Assembly: GCF_011386835.1 (NCBI RefSeq)
Contig: NC_088792.1
Coordinates: 159,898,001-159,962,000 of the forward strand
Length of the DNA stretch: 64,000 bases
Origin: Chrysemys picta bellii
Lineage: Eukaryota
Direction: 5' to 3'
This document shows, in pieces, positions 34,556 to 47,330 of this stretch (its first letter is position 1; each line of letters starts with the position of its first letter). A program made the position numbers and the translations under genes. The notes below the pieces were generated by a model. The model worked only from the letters and a program-made list of their open reading frames with translations. It did not search any database and was not told the origin of the DNA.

Positions 34556-37120
34556 CTAAAGGGAAATAGAAAGAGGTCAGGGGAGTGGGGCTGTTCACCC
34601 AAACAGAAATTAATTAATTAAATTCAATCAAAACCAACAAAGCAAAAGGCCAGATATCATCAAGGAATAGAGATATATGAAACTACTGATGAGAGATAAT
34701 GGGAGGGAAGGACCTCCTCTTCATATATATTTTCCATCAGGCTGAGACTTAGGAGAAGCTGTTAAGAATCTGACATTCCAAAGTGTAGTTAAACCTTGTT
34801 TAAATTAAAACGTTCTGTTTCTCTCTCCTAGCTCTCTCTCTTGCACCCCCTCCACACCCCACACTTTCTCTAATATTCCTCCTACGTTAGTGGATTTATT
34901 TCTGCCACACCATTCGGCAGATTATATATATATATATACACACATTTCCCCTTTCTTCCTCCCCCCACCCCCCATTTGTATCATGAAGCTGTTGACGAAT
35001 AAATTAGGAACCAATGAATATATTTCTTCCATAAATAATTGATGGGCATCTTGGCGACATGCAAACCCCGCATAGATTTTGTGAAATACACAGTGCCCAG
35101 AGAATGAGATGGGAAGGAATTTGTGCTTTCAATCATGGAAACTGGTTGCTGATCACAGGAGTGCAAAGAGTAATACTGGACTGCCCCATTCCTCATCCGG
35201 TGACAAAATTAATTATTGTTTCCCCAGCGCGGAAATGCTGATATGCTCGAAGGAGAAAATGGAGAGGTGCAGGCGCAAACAAAGCCCCCCCTCCCCACTG
35301 CCCCGGGGTCAGTTGTGCCAAAGGCTCATTCCCTGGTGGCTGTGTTGCAAGCAGTTGGGGAGAGACTGTCACCTCTTAAGAAGGTTCACAGGAATTTAAT
35401 CCCCATGAGACATTTGCCTACATGAGAAATCAGATCTGCAGTGTAGCACAACTGGCAATCTACCCTGGAAAAGGCCCAGGTCTGGAACAGCAAGTGGGGA
35501 CGGAGTGAGATTTCAGGTGAGGATTCAGGGGCATTGGGAGCTGTGTGTGTGGGATCCCAGCACTGGAAAAGGAGAGGTGGCCAAGGGTCAGAATTGAGGG
35601 ACATTGGCAGAGCTGTGTACAGGAGCCCAGGAACACAATAGCAGAGTGGGCTGCAGCTAAACATGCAATGCTTATATAAATGTAAGATATTCTGAATAAT
35701 CATTCATTTATTATTCATTAAGTTTCTCTTGCAAGAGAATTGGATTTTTCTTTTCTTTCTTCCTTCATTTCTCCTTTTAAATGATATGTCTTTCTTCGCC
35801 GGCTTTTCCCCTCCAGCCTCAAATGGCCTGCAGTCCCTGGTCGCTGGAGCTGAACGAGTCTATCTGAGCTTTCTTCTGGCTGTCATCATAAATCCTCACA
35901 CCACAAAATCACTGAGCTCGGGTGTTGCAAGAGGGCTGCCAGGAACACTCATGTCCAGTTCAGGTGTTGTGGTCCCCAGGTCTGTCTCTCCCCCCCTCGC
36001 ACAGCACAGGGTGGGGAAGGCCAGTCATAATTCGGTAGAATATCTGAGGATAATTAAACTTTGCAGTTAAGAGATAATGTGAGAGATGCAGCTTTTCCTG
36101 GGAGCTTTTTGCACTGCAGCTGGAGGCATTAGATAAGGTGGAAACTGGCCTATTTTCCAGCCAAACACTGTTTTGCTGAGAGAACATACGGAAATCTGCA
36201 TTTTTCCTGCTTTGAGACAAAATCAGTCACAAATTTTTGCAGGGGGAATTTTTTTTTTAAAAGCCCAAAATTTCAGGAATGCCAAATCTCCTGAAACCAA
36301 AAGGAAGGGATTTTCTCTTGACTGGAACAATAAAACATCCCACCCTTGAAGTACAATACAAATGCTGGGCTTGTCCCTGTGTGTAGAAAAACCATTGTAG
36401 TCAGTGAGGCATCTGCATAAAGAGAGCTTGTGGGATAAGGCCCCATTAATTAACCTTCAAAACCAACAGCACTGAGAAGGAGCTATTATTGTCTCCATGT
36501 TGCAATAAGGAAAATGAGGCACACAGAGACTTACCAATATAATCATACAATAAATCAGTGGCAGAGTCAAGAGATGTCTCCCCGTGCTGCGATCACACCC
36601 CCCAATTGCAGACTGGACATACCTTGAGTGTCTGTCCAGTGACTAGCACAGTGGGATCCTATGTGGGTTGGAGGCTCTTTACGCTACCATAATATATATT
36701 ATAATAATTTGACCCAGTCTGATCCCACTGCTGAGGGACGATGCGCCTCTTCTGATAAAATAATCACAGGTGCCTGATTCTCCTCTCATTTACACTAGTG
36801 GATCTTCAGGCTTTGCACCAATGTGAGAAGAGAAACAACCCCACGTGGTGCATAATGTTATAATGAATAAATACCCAGGGCTGTCGCTTGCCCCAGCTTG
36901 GCCTTTGCGGCATCACTATGCATGGCCTGACCGGCAGTTCAAGAAACAACGTGACAGTGCAGGATGCCAAGGGCAGTCCGGTCACGGGGGATTAATGTTA
37001 GACACTGCGTCTGTTCGTTTGGATGCCAGGGCTTGGCGGAAAAGCTTTTCACCAGGCATACGATCCACAGCGAAGACAAGCCAGCAGATGTGATTGTCCC
37101 TTGGTTGTCCCTCTGCTCAC

Positions 37121-37136
37121 CTCAGCCCCCGATGAG
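37121..37136 (-). other. Candidate 16-nt exon
   Basis: Minus strand: tttttgttaaatgcctaacag|CTCATCGGGGGCTGAG|gtgagc, beside a CpG-rich unique segment. Confidence 0.2.
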
Positions 37137-38949
37137 CTGTTAGGCATTTAACAAAAACATCTTTTTTTTTTTTTTTGCTGGTCAGCAATGGTAATTGAAA
37201 TCCTCTACCTTTTTTTGTTGTTGTCACCTCTGGCTCTTACTGTGCACTGTGCTCTCCTATCTCCAAATGTTTCCTCCTGAAAATGATGGTGTGAAACGTG
37301 CAATTAGCCTGTAGTACTCACTGCCACAAGATATCAAGGGCAAGAGATTAGTGGGAATCAAAAAATGATTGGACATTTATATAGAGAATTAGAGTATCCA
37401 GAGGATTTAAAAAATCATCAAGCTTCTCAGGAGAGACAGAAATGCTGCAGCGTCGCAGATAATCCTACCTCTAATGGGAGTTAGGAGGAAACTTCATGTG
37501 GCCAAGTTATTCCATAATTATCCACTGCTTGCACATTCCTCTCAAGCAGCTGGTACTGGCCACTCTTAAAGACTAGATACTGGAGTAGACGGATCACTGG
37601 ATCTCTGTCATTTGGAGATTGTCTTTGCCCAGAAGAAAAAAGGATGACATCCCTCACAAATGGCTTGTTTTTTTTAACCCTTACTTCTCTAACTTTGGAT
37701 GTTCATGTAAATGTCCAATTCGTTCTTATAATCTTGCTAAACTCTTTGCCTCAATGCTATCTTGTGGCAATGAGTCTTACATGTTAAAGATGCATTGAGT
37801 GAAAAACATTTGCTTCCGTCAGTTTTAAATTTGCTACAAATCTATCCACCCGCTCCCCCAAGCACATCAACCGCAATCTTCCCCAGAGGGTGTTGCTTCC
37901 TCATGTAAATAGCAGGTCTCAGGTCACTGTCTGCTAGGAAAGAGGCATTCCCTGGGAGAGGGCGGGGAATCAATCGACCTCAATCCAGGATATTGCTTCC
38001 TTCCTCTTGACATTTATGAACTATGTTTTTCACATCTCTGGTGCCGTGTTCCATAAAATAACATCTGTCATAGCCAGCAGCCCTTGGAAAGTGCTCTCGC
38101 TGGAGTTTACTTTGCAGATTTAGTGCTCCTGAAAAGGCGGATCACAGGAGCTGGTTTGGGTTTGGCAGCAGAATCCACTGCAAGGAGGTGGGAGCCAAAG
38201 GACATTGGGAAGGGGGAGGTGAGGCTCTCTGTAGGCAGCACCTAAGCACAAGTGAGTCTGAAGGGGAGTAGCCATTGAGGCAGTGAACCAGAGCAATGGG
38301 TGCTTGTCCAGATGTGACGGAGCAGGACATGAGGAAAAAGAACACGACCTGCCACTATCCTGTGAAGGCAACAACTGTATCTCTCCTGCTCCCTGACAGG
38401 GATAACTCAGTGTCACCTTAGCTGGCAAATTCTAAGACCTCCACACACGTGCCCAACTCTGTCAGTGTCTGAATGCAAACATTCCCCTCCTGGTCACTTG
38501 GCCACTGATCTCAGCCCCTCACTAAACTTCTTGAACACCAGCAGTGGGTTCAGATGAAGACAAGATTTAGAAGTCCTGTTTTAACCTCATTGGACCAGCC
38601 ATAGTCTAGTGAAGGTAGCTAATGAGCTGAGCATGTCCTGTCCTGTTCTTCACCCACATGCAGGTGCTGACAGAGAACGTTCCCACTTTCTTATTCAAAT
38701 AGCCAGTGCATGCAACTAGCGATCAGAGCCGAGATAGAGATGGGTCATACGCAGCAGTTACAATAAATAAGTCTCAAGCTGAGCACTGACTGCACACCCG
38801 CTCTGTCCATCCTGGGCCAAAGTGGAGCTGCTGACCAATCAGAGCACGCCGTTTGATCCTTAATTATTGCAGCCACGGTGTGTTCTTCATCCCTATCTCC
38901 ACACTGATCTTTAAAGCCACAGATGTATACATAAAAGGAAATCAGTGGT

Positions 38950-39190
38950 AAATCTCCTCACTTTCTATTGCAGCTCTCTTGTGCTCTCATTCTCTCTCCC
39001 TACTACTTTTTTCTACATCCCTTTCTCTCTCCATTTCTTCCTCTCTCAATTCATTCCTCTTACTGCCTCCTCCGCTTTCTCCCCATCTCTCTCTCTGTTC
39101 CTGCCCTGCCATCACTTTCTGTCTTTCCCATCTCTCCATCTCTCTTTTGCTCCATAACTCTTTGTCTCACGCCCTTGCTTTCTCTGCTTC
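38950..39190. repeat. CT-rich low-complexity tract
   Basis: Direct reading. Confidence 0.8.
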
Positions 39191-39659
39191 CCAGCGCAGC
39201 AGGCTCCATGGAGTAGTCTCTTGATACCTTGAGTCACCATGACAACCATCTCCACAATGATTACAATACAGGTAGTAAAATCTCTTTGCCATTGGGAGCT
39301 CCCATTCTCATCTGACATAAATCTCCCTGCTCCTTCATCCAGTCACCAGCCATTGTCAAAACCTCAGAGAACCAAGAGTCAGGATCACCTATAAACAAAT
39401 ATGAAACATTCCATGAATGAGAAAGGGCCATAAGAAATGACAAAAATGGATACACATTGGGAGTTTCAATCAGCAGATGTGAATGCCAATCTGGTCCAGT
39501 AGAATATTTGACTGTATGTCAGGAGACCTGGATTCTGTTTGAGGCTTTACCTTCATGATGCCTCTGTCTCTCCAGAGATGCTTTGTTTGTCTTGTCCATT
39601 CAGAGTCTAATGTACTTATGTAGCCCTCTGCTACAGTATCAGAGCACCTCCTTATCAAT

Positions 39660-39960
39660 GGATTTTTATTCTTAGAACACCCCTCTGAGGAAGGGATGTA
39701 TCATCGCCATTATTACAGTTGAGGAACTGAGGTGCACCAGGGATTGAGTGACTTGCCAATATCATGCAGCAAGTCTGGGGCTGGAACTGGACTTGAACCC
39801 TGGGCTCCTTGAATCCCAGTCAAGTGCACACTCCATTGAACTAGCCTTCCTACCTTACTAGACTGCAAGATCCTTGGGGCAGAGACCATCACTATGTGTC
39901 TGTATAACACCTAGCACAGTGGAGCTCTGATCCTCATTGGAGCCGCTATGTGCTAATTTC
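39660..39960. mobile_element. MIR-like fragments
   Basis: Antisense core (gaggaactgaggtgcacc..ggacttgaaccctgggctcc) followed by a sense tail. Confidence 0.65.
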
Positions 39961-40575
39961 TTAGGATCACACAGTTTAAAGCCAGAAGGGACCACCAAAT
40001 CATCTAGTCTGCATTACTGCACCAATAAAAACAATAAGGCCTCAGAAGTAATTACATCCCTAGACAGGGAAAGGATGCTATGAGCAGACAAAGATGTTCT
40101 GAGGAGGGTTAGTTTACAAACGGAGAGCAGGTGGGAAATTTGAGATGCTGGACTCTTTGTTCTGATGCTAACAGACTCAGTTTGGGTCAGAGAGAGGGAG
40201 AGAGAGCATAAACAAAGGACCGAACCAGTGGCAGGTAAACCACAAAGGAATCAGCTAAATTTTAAAAACACCCATGGGGCCTGACTCCCCTCTCATTGGT
40301 CACTGCAGTTACTTCCTGTGTGAGTGAGAGGCGACTCAAGCCCAGTGACTTGGAAACTCATGGCCAGATTGCTGCCAGCAGCCAGACTTCCTCCCTGGGG
40401 ATGAGATGTTGCATGCAAAATTTCAGGAAGATAATGGGGGGCCAGAGAAGTGGTGTGGGGTTGGCAGAGGGATTGAAAATCAGACCTACAATGAGGAACA
40501 CATTTTAACCTTAACTATGGACATCATAATAATTTCTCTGTGTGTGTGTGTTCTGAATTGGACTCCATATCTTTT

Positions 40576-40622
<47 letters not shown>
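40576..40622. repeat. Compound (TG)n(AG)n microsatellite
   Basis: Direct reading. Confidence 0.95.
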
Positions 40623-40627
<5 letters not shown>

Positions 40628-41804
40628 CTTTACACCAAACTTGTATTTATCTAGACAGTACAAATGAATATCTCCTTCATGGAAATGCATGAGTCTTGTC
40701 TCTCTGATTGACACCCATTCAGTAGTTCCTGTAAGATGCAGGGGGGGAGGGGAGAGGAGATGTAGGCTTTTAAAAACAACACAGGAAACCTTTTAGCTAC
40801 AGAAAAGGTTTTGATGATAGTTCTTAAGGGCGACAAGAAAACATGTCATCGTAGCCAAGTGCATTAATAACCCAGGGAGCGACACACTCAGGAAAGTTGA
40901 AGGCTCACCTCTCTCAGTTGACTCTTTCTGAAGTGAGCACAAGCAGTTTCAATTATTGGTTGGAAACTAAGGTGTAACAGTTTGGAGAGGATTTCAGCAG
41001 TGGTAGGCTGAGTAAAGAGTGAATGTATCCAGTTACGATCAATTCAGAGATCTTAATCACAGCAGGAGGGAAAGAAAAAGAAAGAAAGAAAAGACCCTTC
41101 TTCCATTTAAATGAAAAAATAACAGAACGAAAGAATGAAATATCCTTCCCCTAATTGAAATTCTGAAAGTTCTAAGTGAGCCAGGGCTCTAGAGTCTGTT
41201 TTGGGGTTAAAAATCCAGCAAGATTTGGTGTTTTCAACTGATTTTCATGTTGATTTCAGAATTCAAAGTTCAAGGTCCATCTTTCAAATATCCTAGAGTT
41301 CAAGGATGATCAGATCTGGGACGTGGACCTAAGAGCAGATTCAGAAATCAGACAATCCCAGCATTCAAGGGTGCTTGGATCCAGAGTTTGGCACCAGGCC
41401 CTCTTGTATTTGAAAAGTCACTATTTCACATCCATTTTTGCATTAATCCCCACAGCAGAATGAGGAACGTTATTGTACCACAGGGCGTGGGGGGAAGTCA
41501 AAGCCAAGCACATTATGATGAATGCTACACAGATGACCCTGGGTAGACATGTACCAACACACTGGGCATGTATTTGACTCACTCTTCAAATGGTGGCACC
41601 CACCATCGACATTGTTACAACTAGCTTTCCTGTGGGAGGAGTTGTCTCTTTATGTTCGGCATAAAGAGCTTTGCACGCTATGGTGCTTGCTACACCTATC
41701 AAGGTCGCACTTTATGCTTAAGTTCCCTTTATAACTAATTTATAAATAAAGGGTGAATAGATGTTATAAGCATGTAACAGACACGAGTAGTATGTGTTTT
41801 AGGC

Positions 41805-42242
41805 CATAGAATCATAGAAATGTTGGGCTGGAAGGGATATTGAAAAGTCTTCTAGCCCAGCCCCCTGTACTGAGGCAGGACCAGGTAAACCTAGACCATC
41901 CCTGACAGGTGTTTGTCCTGCCTGTTCTTAAAAACCCACCATAACTGAGATTCCACAACCAGGGCTGGCTCCAGGCACCAGCCCAGCAAGCAGGTGCTTG
42001 GGGCGGCCAAGGGGAAGGGGCAGCACATCGGGCTGTTCGGCGGCAATTTGGCGGCGGGTCCCTCTCGGAGGGAAGCACCTGCCACCGAATTCCTGCCGAA
42101 GAAGTGGCACGGTGGCGATGCCGCCGGAGTACTGCCGATCGCAATTGCGATCGTGGCTTTTTTTTTTCTTTTTTTTTCCCGCCGCTTGGGGCGGCAAAAA
42201 CCTTGGAGCCAGTCCTGTCCACAACCTCCCTTGGTAACCTCG
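41805..42242 (-). mobile_element. CR1 3' fragment interrupted by a hAT MITE
   Basis: catagaatcatagaa tail. CR1 sequence gattccacaacctcccttggtaacct resumes after the insert. Confidence 0.88.
41960..42217. mobile_element. 258-bp GC-rich hAT MITE
   Basis: Ends CAGGGCTGGCTCCA / TGGAGCCAGTCCTG. Perfect 8-bp TSD TCCACAAC (41952-41959, 42218-42225). Confidence 0.95.
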
Positions 42243-42559
42243 GTAGCTGGTTATTAGCACATCCAAAGACAATGTTATAAGCAACCTGTTGACCTATTAT
42301 GATGAACTCCATAGATTTTTAATAAATGCTGATCATTTATCAAAACAGGCATAAACTATTTATACGGGGAACCTTAAAATAAAGTGTGACTGATATTAAA
42401 TAATAAATAATAACTCACTACTTAATTATTAAATAATGTCAATTATTATTTGTTATCTGTGACATTCACTAACTGCCTCATTACCCCTGACAATTCAGTC
42501 CTTGCCGGTTACTCTGAGGCTGTCAACATGGGGCAAGTTGGGGCAAAGAGCAGTGGTGC

Positions 42560-42797
42560 TTTCTGATCCCTGGTCATGTGAGCCTGTGGATGGAACACTA
42601 GACAGAGGCTCAGGAGACCTGTGTGCTGTTACTAGCTCTGCCACTGGTCTGCTGGGTGGCCTTGGGTGAGTCACCTTACCACTCCGTACCTCAGTTTCCT
42701 CATTTGTAAATGGGGATGAAAATCCTTGCCTCCTTTGTTAAGTGCTCTGACATCTAATGATTAAAAGGGTGGTGTAAGTGCTAGGTACTATTTATTG
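42560..42797 (+). mobile_element. MIR-like CORE-SINE
   Basis: ctctgccactgg..ccttgggtgagtcac..cctcagtttcctcatttgtaaatgggg. Confidence 0.8.
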
Positions 42798-42974
42798 TCC
42801 AAGCTCCCTATCCAGTGGTAACCTTGAGATGAGGGGCTCCATATCTCCTTGAGACATTGGAAACATCATGCTTTAACTCAAGCCACTGCTGTATTGTGAA
42901 AACCAGAAAGTGTGTCTCGAGGGAAAGGCAGCACATTCCAAACCAATAAACAAAAAAACACATGTAATCCCAGT

Positions 42975-43105
42975 GCCCCTGGATGGGGCGGTGGCGACAG
43001 CGGGATTGGATCTGGGACCTCTCAATTTAAATGTATGAACTTCTACTGCTTGCGCTAAAAGACCTACCTCTGTCAGCCCAGGCTGTAACTGGCTTATCAA
43101 CTTCT
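42975..43105 (-). mobile_element. Degenerate tRNA-like SINE head
   Basis: Minus strand: tagcgcaagcagtag..gaggtcccagatccaatccc (A/B-box-like). Confidence 0.5.
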
Positions 43106-43109
43106 ATGT

Positions 43110-43450
43110 GTCCCAGCCACTGCGAGAGGGTGACAGAGCACCACATCCAGTGGGCATGGCTTAACCACAAATGCATGAACCTATTAAACTTGCTGTCACA
43201 AGATATCATGGAAGCCAAGAGCCTAGTAGGATTTTTTTTAAACGGACTAGAGATTTGTATGGGTCATGAAAACATCCAGCGGAACATTAGACAGGATAAG
43301 AAATCATGAGGGATATAAACCCTTCTACCTCCTGTAATAAACCAAGCACTAACTGTCTGAGGTTAGGCAGAAACTTCCCCTAAGGGCAGATTAGAGCACT
43401 GGGGAGTTTCTGTGACCTTCCTCTGAAGCCGTTGGTGCCGCCACAGACAG
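43110..43450 (+). mobile_element. Old CR1 3' fragment
   Basis: aacttgctgtcacaagatatcatggaagccaag..ccttcctctgaagc. Confidence 0.65.
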
Positions 43451-44717
43451 GAAACCCACCTAAATACAGAGCCGCTCTGGTTCCGTGTGGTGTAGCTCCT
43501 GAATCCCAACCCTTTACCATAAGAGCATCCTTCCTCCTGAACCAATATCAAGAGGAGAGAGCAAAATGGGAGCTTGCCAGAAGTGGGGCGAGAACAGGAC
43601 ACGAAAGCAGAGCTGTGGTAGCTGAAACAGGCCAGGTGTCTCACCCATGCTGTGACAAGAAACAGCTTGTACTTCATTTCTCTGCTGGCCTCTATAGGGC
43701 CACATAAGCCAGCTTTTTTTTTTTTTTTTTTGTCCTTCCATTTGGGAATTGCCAGAGTCCGGGGTGAGGGAGGTGAACAGGTTGGCTGTCCATCAGCACG
43801 TGAGTCTGTCATCTGGAAGCCACAGCAGAGTTCTCTAGACAGTGCTGTTTCTTTTTTCTCCCCCCCCACCCCATTTTTGTTTTGAGCAGGGAGTCCATTT
43901 GAAGGGCTCTCCTGCTGTTTTGGAAAGGGGCTTACACAAGAACAACTGAGACGATTGAAACTGGCATTCATCCCAGAGCCAGCATGACTGCACAAAGCTC
44001 CAGCTCTGGCCTCAGGGCCACTCTGGCCTTATCTGATGTGCAAGGCTCTTCTTCTCCAGTGCAGCAAGCCTCTGAAATGGCCAGGGGTTAGGAGCATGCG
44101 TAGCTACAGCGAGCAGATTCAGAGAGGAGGAGAAACACCTCCAAGACAAGGAATAGGAAGCAGGCAGGAATTAAATTAATACATTAAACCCAGAAGCTTA
44201 AGGTTTGCTGGGAATATATGGGTGTTTGTGATGTCAGCTGGGCTCAGGGGTCTATGGTTCGGAGAAGGTAATGGAAGTTTGGATCAGCCAAAGTTTGTAT
44301 GCAAATCTTTTTGGTAGAGGTTTTCCCAGTGCAATCCTGATTTACCCCTTCCCTCTCCAGAAGATTTATGGAAGCCTACGAGGGGCCATAAGTAGTGTTT
44401 TGACCTCAAAGCTTCCACAATAACATTGGAGCTAAAGGGCTGGCTTTGGTTGGGAAGACCAGCTATCTGTTATGAACCAGCCGCTAAAGGGGAACACACA
44501 ACACACTATGCAAGCATATTACTTAGACGAATGGAAGGTGCTTGTCTTTTAGAAGGTGAGGTCTAACTTAAATAGCAGGCAAAGTCAGATTTACATAATT
44601 TACAGGCTACTTACGTTGTATGTGGCATGAATAGCCTCTGCTGCTTTATGCTTTCCCATAGCAGGAATTCCTTTTCTGATGACCAGTAGAGATCAGTTTG
44701 GTGAGCAGAATAAACAA

Positions 44718-44971
44718 GGGATATCTCTACACTGCAATTAAACTCCCATGGCTGGCCCACTTGGGCTACGGGGCTGTAAAATCGCAATGTAGACATTTGG
44801 GCTCAGTTCTGTAGTGGGACCTCACTAGCAGGGAGGGTCCCAGAGCTCGGGTTCCAGCCAGAGCCCGAACACCTACACAGCAATTTTACAGGCCCACAGC
44901 CCAAGCCCCGCAAGTCTGAGTGAGCTGACAAGGGTCAGCCACAGGTGTTTCATTGCATGGTAGACATACCC
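44718..44971. mobile_element. PIF/Harbinger MITE
   Basis: Ends GGGATATCTCTACACTGCA / TGCATGGTAGACATACCC. CAA on both flanks. Confidence 0.8.
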
Positions 44972-45489
44972 CAAGTGACCTGTACACTTGGTATGGGGGA
45001 CCTCAGTATGGGGGACCTGTACACTTGGGGAGGTAGGGTGAGCTGTAGATTTACATTCCTGTGCAGATCCCCACTGAAACACACAATGGCCAAATACCAG
45101 CGTTGGCAGAGATCTATTTATCTATGAACAAATCTGCTGCCATTACGGACTGAACAGATGTCACTGTGCTTCATGCCATGGCCGTTCATAGCTTCATGGC
45201 AACACCACACACAAACACCAAACACAAAGGCCTTCAACTACTTGAATTGAAGGAGAATCTCTGCTGGCTATTAGCAGCATAGCATCTGTGACACACAGAT
45301 GCTCCAATTTTGTTCACTAAAGGGCAGTGGTGCACCAATGATAGATCATGTGAATTTCATATATTAGATGCCCTGTGATGGGGGTACATTTGGCGCCAAA
45401 GCCTACATAGAAATTTCAAATACCACTCTGGCGAGATAAGATGAGCTGGGTAACTTAAAAGACAATTACATATTCTTCTTACTTCCTAT

Positions 45490-45690
45490 TGTCCTAGCAG
45501 TTAAAGCAGAGAACACAGAGAAGAGGCACTTGGGTTCTATTCCTGGCTCTGACATTGACTCACCATGTAGTTTTGGACACATCTTGTCCCTACCCTGCGG
45601 CTGTAAAATGGGGATAACACCTACCTCAAGGACTTAATTAACTGATGTTTGCAAAGCACTTTGGAATTGTGGGGTGAAAGATGCTGTATC
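45490..45690 (+). mobile_element. MIR-like CORE-SINE
   Basis: ttgggttctattcctggctctgac..ctgtaaaatggggataac. Confidence 0.7.
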
Positions 45691-46246
45691 ATCATTGCAA
45701 AGCATTTTTATCTCACTCTCATTCACATTAGCTGCTGCATGCGTTAAAACTCTCACAGCATTTTGAAGGCAATGAAAACAGATTCTGTGTGGCAAATCAC
45801 TCAGTACTGCTCTTGTTTCCAGCCCGAGTCAAGCAGCTTAAAGGGCTGCTGATGCCTCCTGGGAAAAAAAACTTGAGAGAAACATTCCATGCCAAGATAA
45901 TCCTGCTTATACAACACAGCCTCGGCCTTTCTTTTCCTCTGGATTTTATGACTATGAGCTATTTGCATGAAAACAGGATTTTTGTTGCTTAGGAAAGTCA
46001 GCTGCTCCTTCTCCTGCTTATTAGCCCCATTCTGTAGTGACTGAGCAACAGCTATTGTGCTGTGCTCCAAGCCACAGCTATTTATACACTCTGGGACTTA
46101 GTACTCCTTTTCTCTGCCCTAGTGTCCTGCCTCTTCAAGAAAAATAGTCCCATCTTTAAAGAAAAAAAATTGAAATGAAATAAATGGTGTTTCATTATCT
46201 TCCTTACACTCTGGGCATTGCAAGCAGGGAGCAAACTACAACTCTT

Positions 46247-46420
46247 AGACCATGTCTACCCTACAAAGTTAAGTCGACTTTATATAAGTCGACATTGAGT
46301 CTCTGATGTAAGCAAGATGATCTCGTGTGTCCACACCACAGTCTTGTGTTGGCTGAGTGCGGCCTCACCAGCAGTGCTTGCATCGATGCACAGATGCACA
46401 GGGCTAAATAACTGTTTCAG
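46247..46420. mobile_element. Harbinger-type left-end fragment
   Basis: tta|gaccatgtctac..aagtcgac motifs. No right end found. Confidence 0.5.
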
Positions 46421-47100
46421 TTCAAAGGAAGGCTCAGCCTGTTTATGTGCGGGGTTTGGGGAGGGAGTTCCTATGAGAGAGAGGAGCCAGGATGCTCTCT
46501 GAACTGCCTGGGCTGCAGAGCATGAGTGAGGTGCTTCCTAGGGTGAGGAGGATCTGATGTTGTTGGGCCTGATTCCAAAGCCTGAATTCAGTGGGGACTT
46601 TCCTGTGGACTTCACTGGGCTTGGGAGAGGCTTTGTGTGAGAGCATCTGGAGCTCAGGAGGGACGTTCTTCCCAGGTTTGACCGTGTCATCTAAAATTGA
46701 GGTGAGCTGTTCTTTACGGGGGGTGGTTCCAACACTATTAAGGGGATGGTGGATGTTCTGAGTTGGGGAACCCCCTTCCCCAGTCATCCTGATGTCTGTA
46801 AGTGACAGGCAAGAACCAATTATTATCAACCTCTCAACAAAATCTCTACCACAGAAAAGCCTTGAGCCAACCCACCGGTTACACAGCTGATTCCTCACTT
46901 GGTGCCATCACCTCACAATAATGACCAATAATGCAGGGTAGCAGTCATCCCAGGTCACAGGAACTTGACCCATTGACCCAGCAGGCTGGTTGGAAATGTT
47001 CTGTCAAACTTGGGCATTTGACTAAAATGTCTGCTTTTTGGAATTGTGGGGAGCAGGTGTCAAATATCTACTGTCCATGCAACTGTAACCCAGAACTCAC

Positions 47101-47330
47101 CTGAGAGAGGGAGAGAAAATGAATAAGAGAGAATGGATGCAGAAGATAAAGGGAAAAGAGAGGAAAAATGAGAGAGAGGCAAAGTGAATGGGACAGTGAC
47201 TGTGATAGACAGAGAGAATGAATGGGTGAGGAAGAAGCGGAAAGGGAGGAATGATGAAAGAAGATGAGTGAGAGAAAACGGATGTGGGAAACGTAGGAGA
47301 AAGGGAGGAATAACATGCAATTGTGATAGA
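47101..47330. repeat. GA-rich low-complexity tract
   Basis: Direct reading. Confidence 0.85.

Noticed and set aside
43363-43995. 210-aa minus-strand ORF
   Set aside because: Runs through a poly-A-derived Lys tract and a CR1 fragment; no domain signal.
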